Virus record (IMG/VR): IMGVR_UViG_3300045996_002189
Span: 1-56,344 of that record
Origin: a virus
Lineage: Duplodnaviria > Caudoviricetes
Direction: 5' to 3' (one strand)
DNA: 56,344 bases
The notes below the pieces were generated by a model. It was not told the origin of the DNA. It was given only the letters and a program-made list of their open reading frames with translations, and did not search any database. Every line of letters starts with the position of its first letter. Positions within the stretch are counted from its first letter, which is position 1. Positions 47,181-54,313 of the stretch are shown in pieces. Both the position numbers and the translations under genes were made by a program.

Positions 47181-47329
47181 GAATTACTCTTCTGTTTAGT
47201 CATAGGGATGCCCTCCCGCGCCGAGTTTGGCGCAGGCTAGGGCGTGGACTTCCACCGCGCCGGAAGTGGCGCTGTAGTCGTGGTGGAAAGGGAGATGCCG
47301 CTGTTAGCCGGCTAAGAAGTTACGTCGTG

Positions 47330-48928
47330 TTAGGCTATTCCAGCCTGCGCCACGGTTTTGCCCCTGATGTGGAATTGCGCTGCCGTATTTGTCGAATTAT
47401 TGGAGATGCAGAGCACTTCGACCATCGCGCCCGCCCCCCCAGTCCGACGATGGTCGGTGCCGTTCTCGAACACGAAGGTCGTTGCGGATGCCGCCACCTT
47501 CTGGAAAGTGATGGTGCCGCTGGTCGAAGTTTGAAGCGCCCGGCACGTCCAGCCGGGATGAGCGTTGTCCGGTAGAGTCACGACGACATCAGTGCCGGGA
47601 TCTGTTGTGGTGTTTCTGTACAGGATTCCATCATCAAGCAGGAATGGTCCACGGGCAGCAGTCAGCGACCTTGAGTACGCCCCGCCACCATTTACGGCAG
47701 TGACGTTAAAATTGGTGGGGGTTGACGAGCTGCTTATGCCGCCGATGTGTCCGATCAGCTTTGGCTCACTGCTTGAGTTGATCGACACTACACCGACAAA
47801 CTGGGAGCCCGCCGGCTTGGTCCCAGCCATGAAAATGTTTTCCAGCGTGCTAGACGCGTACGACAGATTTGCTCTAACGACTGACCTGATCGTGTTTGAT
47901 GTTGCGGCAGGACTTCCGACAAAACACCAAACGTTGCGAAGCGAGCAACCGTTATTGACGCGCCAATCAATGATGTCGGTTACGGTTGCGTACCCAGAAT
48001 TAACGTCATTGAGCGCGATGAAGAAGTTATCGAAATGAACGTTGGAAATTGTGATGGCGGGATTGGTGGCGGTGTTGATAAACTTTACCACCGGCCCGGC
48101 AAAGAAGGTTGTTTCGCATTTTGTGTTCGTGAAGAACATTTGGCTTGGATTGTCATTGTTGGCGGCGGTCCCCTGCTCGATCAGGATCGCCCCCGCCTTG
48201 AACGACTCGAAACGGCAGCCGTAGAAGTAATTGGCGTTGACGGAGTCGGCGCTGTACCCGAAAGTTCCTGATGTTTCGGACATACTGTTGCGCAACCGAA
48301 CGCAGTATTCGGTCGTGGTGCTGCACCAGTCGAAAAAGCAGTTCATAACTCGGCTGTCCCACCACTCGACAGCATCGATTCCGTTGCCGGAATTGTTCAT
48401 GAACTTGCAATTGTCGATCAGAACACTGGATGCAAAAACAGTCCGAAGAAGTGAGCCAGTGTTATCCTGGCCGTGAAAGCAAAGGTCGCGAAAGACAGAG
48501 TCGCCGTTGCGTTCTTGTTGACCAGTCGTCCAGTCGCCGAAGCCGGAAAGATCGAGCAGAAAACCTGATCCCTGTTTCCTGATAATCGAGTTCCACCCGT
48601 CACCGAAGATTTTGATCTTCTCGGGAAGTATCAATGTGTTGGCGGTGATGTAGTAGTGTCCGGACGGAACGTAGACGGCCCCACCGCCGCCGGGCGATGC
48701 CGCAGCGGCAGCGATGGCATCAAGAAACGCCTGGGTGTCGATTGTTGCTCGGGCCGGCTTGTCGCCAGATACGGTAACTTCCGTCCCGATTGCGCCGAAC
48801 TCCTTGACGGAAAAGCACGTTCTTCCTGCCACCGTATCGATGAAGTCATGCATATCGCTGATGGTGGTGCCGCCGGTAACCCCCGACGGCATATTGGTCT
48901 TAAGCGTTGCTGGGGTTCTAGCGGTCAT
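47330..48928 (-). CDS. Beta-helix spike/depolymerase (pectate_lyase_3-like) flanked by adaptor-family N- and C-domains
   Basis: SVKEFGA.G...DTQAF.DAI.AA...GG.VYVPSG.Y; N-terminal RTPATLKTNMPSG..DMHDFIDT; C-terminal LP.NA.PGW.C..LQ. Confidence 0.85.
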   Translation of the reverse strand: MTARTPATLKTNMPSGVTGGTTISDMHDFIDTVAGRTCFSVKEFGAIGTEVTVSGDKPARATIDTQAFLDAIAAAAASPGGGGAVYVPSGHYYITANTLILPEKIKIFGDGWNSIIRKQGSGFLLDLSGFGDWTTGQQERNGDSVFRDLCFHGQDNTGSLLRTVFASSVLIDNCKFMNNSGNGIDAVEWWDSRVMNCFFDWCSTTTEYCVRLRNSMSETSGTFGYSADSVNANYFYGCRFESFKAGAILIEQGTAANNDNPSQMFFTNTKCETTFFAGPVVKFINTATNPAITISNVHFDNFFIALNDVNSGYATVTDIIDWRVNNGCSLRNVWCFVGSPAATSNTIRSVVRANLSYASSTLENIFMAGTKPAGSQFVGVVSINSSSEPKLIGHIGGISSSSTPTNFNVTAVNGGGAYSRSLTAARGPFLLDDGILYRNTTTDPGTDVVVTLPDNAHPGWTCRALQTSTSGTITFQKVAASATTFVFENGTDHRRTGGAGAMVEVLCISNNSTNTAAQFHIRGKTVAQAGIA

Positions 48929-48939
48929 AATTCAATTCC

Positions 48940-49356
48940 TCAGACCATCGGGATGGCGACAGTGAGCGACGAGATGCTGAAGTTGCCGCCCGCGATCAGG
49001 TCGGTTGCCGCCATGATCATGTCCGCGCTGCTCGTTCCGACGCTGCCCTGGTAGACGACAATCGTTCCGCCGGATTGGAAGACGCGGAAGAAAGTGGCCG
49101 TGCCGGATGCATCAGCAGACGAATCGGCAGTGATAGCGTTGGCCGTTGCGACACGGTTGTTGCCGGAAGTGGAGTAAGTTCCGCTGAACGCTGTAGCGCC
49201 CATGGTTGCCTCAGCCAGCATGGTATTGTCGGAAAGCGCAGTCGAGGCGTTGGTCGGGGCCGTGCCGCTATAGATGCGCACGGGGCCGGTATTGCACAGC
49301 GCCGCGAAGGCGGCGAGCATCGCATCGGCGGTTTGGGTCGTGATCGTCATTGCCAT
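48940..49356 (-). CDS. Conserved phage fibre-associated structural protein
   Basis: RIYSGTAP..A..A......LA; D.SADASGTATFFR; GSVGT..AD. Confidence 0.75.
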   Translation of the reverse strand: MAMTITTQTADAMLAAFAALCNTGPVRIYSGTAPTNASTALSDNTMLAEATMGATAFSGTYSTSGNNRVATANAITADSSADASGTATFFRVFQSGGTIVVYQGSVGTSSADMIMAATDLIAGGNFSISSLTVAIPMV

Positions 49357-49373
49357 GGCAGGTCTCCAGAATC

Positions 49374-49401
49374 AAAAAAGCCCGCTAAACCAGCGCGCCT
49401 T
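49374..49401 (-). terminator. Rho-independent terminator
   Basis: Minus strand GGCGCGCTGG-TT-TAGCGGGCT followed by a T-run. Confidence 0.55.
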
Positions 49402-49436
49402 GGGGGCAGGGAGGGGTGGAGGTGAGTGGTTGGCGG

Positions 49437-49727
49437 TCAGGCTGGATTGCAGATCAGGCGGTAGTACCGACCGCGCATGTCCGGGTCGTTGGCTCTGGGG
49501 TCCGCGATTTTGACAACGCGGTAAGGCACGCCTTCAAAGTCAATGACCATGCCCGGATTAACGCCGGGAACCTTGGGGATGAAAATCTGGTGGGTGGCAC
49601 CGAACAGTACCTGATCCTCTTCCCTTAGTCCCGACAGCGCGGCGCTGACGTCCCTGTTGCCGATCTTGACGATGCGCTTGCCGCTGTCGGCGTAGCGCTG
49701 ATCCTGGACCGGGATTTGAAATATCAT
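49437..49727 (-). CDS. Hypothetical protein, head-closure-like beta barrel
   Basis: 96 aa with AGGAGG RBS; TH.IFIP...PGMVI...G..YRV..I.D..........LIC. Confidence 0.55.
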   Translation of the reverse strand: MIFQIPVQDQRYADSGKRIVKIGNRDVSAALSGLREEDQVLFGATHQIFIPKVPGVNPGMVIDFEGVPYRVVKIADPRANDPDMRGRYYRLICNPA

Positions 49728-49736
49728 CGCCCCTCC

Positions 49737-50201
49737 TCACTTTTGCCGGATGGTGAGCGAAATGGTCCGCTCGAAGATTTGCCCGGACATCGCCGTGACC
49801 GTCACCGTGACGGTGTGAACCTCACCGGGCGGGTTCCAGTTGGTCTTGACTCTGTCGGCAGGGTCGATGTTGAACCAGATGGTCACGTTGGTATTGTCGT
49901 TGGTCTGGCCGTAGATGCGCAGGCCGGCAACAATCGCCAGTCCGGACAGGGTGACCGTGACCGAAGCGATGGTGCTGTTGACGCCACCAAGTTCCGTGCC
50001 GCAGTTGACCGTGTATTCGAGCAGTTCGCTGGGGTCCAGCGGAGATGTCCATGCGGGGGACGTGGTTCCGTTTCCGAAATCCGCGGTTCTCCAGGACGGG
50101 GCGAGGACGTGGATCACGGCGCCTTGGTCTCCTCTGAACAAGAGTTTGCCGCCGCCCGGTTGCAGCCGCAGGTAATCCCCGGATTGGAGCAGCAGGGCCA
50201 T
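49737..50201 (-). CDS. Fibre-adaptor protein
   Basis: LDPSE.LEYTV...L......I.S......GL......IW....V.V.V....GQ..ERTI.L.I; N-terminal LLLQSGDYLRLQ motif. Confidence 0.65.
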   Translation of the reverse strand: MALLLQSGDYLRLQPGGGKLLFRGDQGAVIHVLAPSWRTADFGNGTTSPAWTSPLDPSELLEYTVNCGTELGGVNSTIASVTVTLSGLAIVAGLRIYGQTNDNTNVTIWFNIDPADRVKTNWNPPGEVHTVTVTVTAMSGQIFERTISLTIRQK

Positions 50202-50216
50202 CTATTACTCCGGGGG

Positions 50217-51374
50217 TCAGACAATTATGATATCGAGTGGCGTCGTCGGTGCCGTCACGGCGGAACTTGCCAAGATCGGCCCTTGGAGGGAGACCGGGGA
50301 TGAATAGGTGCCGTTCGACAGAAAGGTGGCGGTGTCGATGATGCTCGCCTCGTCTCCTGTCGCGGCACCCATCGGCCACTGGTACAGGTTGGCCCCAGTC
50401 GGGGGCGAGAACCCGGCTATTTCTCCCGGCAAGTAGCCAGCAGCCAGCGCATTGATCTGCGTGTCCGTTGGTATCCAGTTCGAACACCAGAGCCAGTTTG
50501 AGTAGCGGCATGGAGCGAAATTGGTGCGCGGACTCGCTGTCCGCGCGCCGAGTTGGAGGACGCGGCAGATTTCCGTCGCCGACACGGGAGGGATGGCTGT
50601 TCCGACATAACTCGCCCCACGCTGCGTCTCCAGGATGACCTGAACGTCGGCGTTGGTCTTGGCAACCATGCCGACGTAGTACCACGTGTTGGGCTGCAGC
50701 GCCGAGATGATGTAGTTCTCTCGGTAGCTCGACCCGCTGGTTTCCGCCGAAGCCATCGCAATCTTGGTCTGGCTGGGGTCCCAAAGCAGACGGACGCGCG
50801 CGGCGCCTCCGGATGCCGATGTCAGGTCAAGACGCCCGAAGTCCGCCAGATAAACCGTGGCGGATGGCATATAGGTGAAGGCGACAAACCCACCGATATA
50901 CCAGTTGGCATTCGACATGCGCAGCAGGTTGGCCTGTGCGTCAAGGGAGAAGAACTGGTCCCGCGCGTTGATCCGGCGCGCTTTCGACGTATTCGACTTG
51001 ACTTCTTCCAGGTTGATACTGGAAACCGAGGGAGCGCCCGCAGTAAGGCGCAGGAAGGTAACCCAGGTCGTCGTGGTCGTCGCGATGAAGTTGAGCTTGT
51101 TATCCCCGGCCGCTGACGCATTGTAGCCGACCAGATCGCCGCCGCCTTGGGAGGTGCCCAGTTGGCGGAACATGATGACGCTGCTGTCGTTGTGCCAACT
51201 TAGCTGGTACTGCTTGTTGACCTCGGTCGCAACGGCACGGGTTGAGATCGCCGCAGACGTCCCGTCTGTATTGATGGTCAGGCGTCCGGTTACCGAATCC
51301 ACCGTGAACGTGGCGGGGCCGGTATTGGTCCAGGTTCCGCCGACTGGGAGAAGATTGCTGTAGGGCTGTGCCAC
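50217..51374 (-). CDS. CBM-like + LamG/concanavalin-like protein
   Basis: N-terminal NLL....W jelly-roll with FIATTTTTWVTF; LQPNTWYYVG, LQLGAR, I.ALA.G. Confidence 0.65.
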   Translation of the reverse strand: MAQPYSNLLPVGGTWTNTGPATFTVDSVTGRLTINTDGTSAAISTRAVATEVNKQYQLSWHNDSSVIMFRQLGTSQGGGDLVGYNASAAGDNKLNFIATTTTTWVTFLRLTAGAPSVSSINLEEVKSNTSKARRINARDQFFSLDAQANLLRMSNANWYIGGFVAFTYMPSATVYLADFGRLDLTSASGGAARVRLLWDPSQTKIAMASAETSGSSYRENYIISALQPNTWYYVGMVAKTNADVQVILETQRGASYVGTAIPPVSATEICRVLQLGARTASPRTNFAPCRYSNWLWCSNWIPTDTQINALAAGYLPGEIAGFSPPTGANLYQWPMGAATGDEASIIDTATFLSNGTYSSPVSLQGPILASSAVTAPTTPLDIIIV

Positions 51375-51376
51375 GC

Positions 51377-54310
51377 TCAGACCCTCGGCACGGTTGTCTT
51401 GCCGCGCTCGTCGTAGCCGGTCGGATTTCCGGAGGTGTTTTTCAAATTGAACAACTTCTGTCTAGCAAGCAAAACGCGGGCGTCAGTCGGCGCGACGTAA
51501 TGCTGGTACATGTCGAGTGCCGCCATGACCTGGATCATGTAGTCATTGGCGTCGGTATCCACGAACGATCCGCCGCGCAGAGGGTGAACGCCACCAACTG
51601 TGCGGCGACCGACTGCTCCGACCATATCGGAGCCACCGGTACTAAATGTCACTGGAGAACCACCAACCGAGAGCGAAAGCTTGCAGGTCAGGCCGGAGGA
51701 TTGAACGGCGTAGTAGGGAATGCCGCGCGTCAAGCCGGTAGGGACCTTGGTGTTATCAGTCACCCAATACGGCTCGCTGGAACTGCGGACGCCGGAGACC
51801 GTCATCACCATGCCATCCAGGATACTGGACAGCGCGGGTGGAGCCGTGGCAAATACCAGGGTCTGGCCGTCGGTCTTGTACGTGACCTGACTGACCGCGC
51901 CGACCCATTGACCGTAATACCAGTACCTGCGGTTTTCCACATTGTCGGTCAGGCCGTTCATGCAGATATTGCCGTAGCTTGCCGCTTCCAGCGGGTCCGG
52001 CTTCATCAGGTAGTATTCTGAACCCGAGTCATTATGGTAACCGCCGCTCATGACGGTCGGACAGTGAGCCCACCACTCGGCACGGGACTTGATTCTCGGA
52101 TACTCGCTAATGCCATAGGCGTATGAGGTGGCGTGCAAACCAAAGGTGTGCATCCAGATTTTATAGGTAGGTTCGTTGTTCGGCCAAAGAAGTTTCAGGT
52201 CCTGGAACCGACGACCGTCCGTCCGGTTCAATCCGCCACGCCACGCATCTTCCTCAAGCGGCAGTTCCTCGGTCATCTCGGCCCAATGATCGACATAGTC
52301 GCGGATCATGACCCAGTGAGGGTCGGTTGGATTGCCGCATCCCAATGCGGCTCCTATCGGGCGGAAAGAATGTCCGACGCCCCTGATCTGTCCCCGCCAG
52401 CAAATGCCGCCATAAGGGATTCCCGCTCGGTCGCTGGTGCCGTAGAACCCGTAGCCATTGGACTCGTGAACGCCGGGCAGGGTAGCCTCGACATACATCA
52501 GGTCAAGCCAGTGCTGGTCCCCCTCGGAAATGTACGGCCAGTGCGCCATCTGCGGAAAGTGCGCGGTATCGATGTGCAGGATTTCCTGCTTGCCATTGGC
52601 ATCGGGAGGGTTGGCGAAACGCAGGGACTCGTCAGTATTGGCGGGCTTTCCCTGCCCGTAGATGCTAGTTCCGAGCACGCTGCTGTTGGTTGATTTGGTT
52701 GGCGGAAGATAGGAGATGACTTTCCGGGTCGTGCGATGGAGTCCGACACCGTCCATCGCCCCCATGCCCCAACCGGCGACACGGGCGTATCGTTGGAAAG
52801 CGGAAAGCTGCGCGGCTGTGGCGCGGGCATTGGCGGCAATGCAGCGCGCCGTGGATTTCGTGGTCGTCCACGGGATCATCTCGTGGTCGGAGACGTCGTC
52901 CTGTTCCTGGCGCAGGGGACCGCGCTTGGCTGGCCGGTACTCCCAGACCGGAGGGGTCATCGAAAAAGCCGGGTTGTTCACATCGAACGGCGGGACAAAA
53001 TTGGTCAGCACACCGTAGGCGACATTGTGACGGTAGATGATCTTCGGCGGCGTCACGACGCTGTTCGTGGCGACGTCGAACCAGTCCATCGTGCCTTCAG
53101 TCCCGGCACTGGCGACGAACCCGCCCTTCCAGGTGTTGACGGCACCCCACCCGGTCGTTCCGAGTGCGGCGCCCCGGATGACCGTGCCGTTGACGCTGAG
53201 GTTCAGGTCAACGCGAAGCCCCTGCTCGTCTGTGGCGGTATCGGTTGACCATCCCTGAATCGACCTGAAAAGAAACTGGATGCGTTTAGGATTCCCGGTC
53301 GTGCCGCCCCAGGCGCGGGCATAGAGTAGGCATCCGAGGTTCTGCGTCGGATCGCGGGTTCCGCTAGAGAGCGTGGCGATGTCGGACGCCCGCCACTCGG
53401 TGCAGACCGGCCCACCGACGACGCGCTCCACCCATGTGCTGTTGCTCGTTCCCAGCATGTCGGCGGACCTGAATCTCTTGGGTCCGCGCTCCGCAGTCAA
53501 GGTTCCCGAAGCATTTCGGCCCTTGAAACTGGTGAATTCGTATTGCAGCGCAACCTTGGAGGTAATGGCGGCGGGATCTGTGTGGAGAGGCGTGTCGGTC
53601 GCGGTCCAACTGCCGCTGGCACGCTGCCACGTTACCGTCTTGGTTCCGCCCACTGCAATGACCGGCATCAGGAAACGAACCTGCGCCAACTTCAGGCTGC
53701 CATCGCTCCAGGTGGTGCGATTGGAAACCTGCTGCGGGATACGGACGCCATCGACGGTAATGACAGCTATGGAACCGGTTGGCACATCGCCCTTCTTGAA
53801 CCACTGGGCAGTGGAGACTTCCTGGTCCGCCCACGATGGGATGGTGTCGAAATTCTCGACCGTCGTGGTGAAGAGAGTCGCTCCGGCAACAACAGCCTCC
53901 ACCGTCATCGCGATGGTGTGGGTCTCGGCGAACCCGCTGACCTGAATGGCTACCGTATAGTTCCCGGCAGCCAAGGCTGTGCTGCCGACCACGAGTTTGT
54001 AGCCGGATGTCCAATCGCCGGTCAGGGCGACCCGTCCCCCGGCATTGTTGGTCAGGGTTACGGTGTAGTTGACACCCTCGAACTCATTGGTGAATTCGGA
54101 CGTGAAGGGGGTCGTCCCGGAATCCGGGAAATTGCTGAAGACAAGCGCCGCGATCTCGGTTCCGGCCGGGGCCGTATCAAGAACCGTGACGGCAGTGGGC
54201 GCGACCGAACGCGCACCGACGATGGGAGCGGCCTGCCCGACGCGGACAATTCTGAGGTTGGGGCCGAGGACGTAACCGCCGCCCGGCCTCCTGATGACGC
54301 CGCCAGCCAC
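51377..54310 (-). CDS. Large glycan-lyase-like protein (exo-rhamnogalacturonan lyase/YetA-like N-terminal motifs)
   Basis: 977 aa; F.KGDVP.G...P.Q...TTWSDGSLK, GGPVCTEWR, DTAHFP...PY...GD..WLD, QIRG. The family call is tentative. Confidence 0.55.
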   Translation of the reverse strand: MAGGVIRRPGGGYVLGPNLRIVRVGQAAPIVGARSVAPTAVTVLDTAPAGTEIAALVFSNFPDSGTTPFTSEFTNEFEGVNYTVTLTNNAGGRVALTGDWTSGYKLVVGSTALAAGNYTVAIQVSGFAETHTIAMTVEAVVAGATLFTTTVENFDTIPSWADQEVSTAQWFKKGDVPTGSIAVITVDGVRIPQQVSNRTTWSDGSLKLAQVRFLMPVIAVGGTKTVTWQRASGSWTATDTPLHTDPAAITSKVALQYEFTSFKGRNASGTLTAERGPKRFRSADMLGTSNSTWVERVVGGPVCTEWRASDIATLSSGTRDPTQNLGCLLYARAWGGTTGNPKRIQFLFRSIQGWSTDTATDEQGLRVDLNLSVNGTVIRGAALGTTGWGAVNTWKGGFVASAGTEGTMDWFDVATNSVVTPPKIIYRHNVAYGVLTNFVPPFDVNNPAFSMTPPVWEYRPAKRGPLRQEQDDVSDHEMIPWTTTKSTARCIAANARATAAQLSAFQRYARVAGWGMGAMDGVGLHRTTRKVISYLPPTKSTNSSVLGTSIYGQGKPANTDESLRFANPPDANGKQEILHIDTAHFPQMAHWPYISEGDQHWLDLMYVEATLPGVHESNGYGFYGTSDRAGIPYGGICWRGQIRGVGHSFRPIGAALGCGNPTDPHWVMIRDYVDHWAEMTEELPLEEDAWRGGLNRTDGRRFQDLKLLWPNNEPTYKIWMHTFGLHATSYAYGISEYPRIKSRAEWWAHCPTVMSGGYHNDSGSEYYLMKPDPLEAASYGNICMNGLTDNVENRRYWYYGQWVGAVSQVTYKTDGQTLVFATAPPALSSILDGMVMTVSGVRSSSEPYWVTDNTKVPTGLTRGIPYYAVQSSGLTCKLSLSVGGSPVTFSTGGSDMVGAVGRRTVGGVHPLRGGSFVDTDANDYMIQVMAALDMYQHYVAPTDARVLLARQKLFNLKNTSGNPTGYDERGKTTVPRV

Positions 54311-54313
54311 AGC

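Noticed and set aside
45296-47329. Pho boxes upstream of the phytases
   Set aside because: No CTGTCAT-type 11-bp-spaced direct repeats were recognisable by eye.
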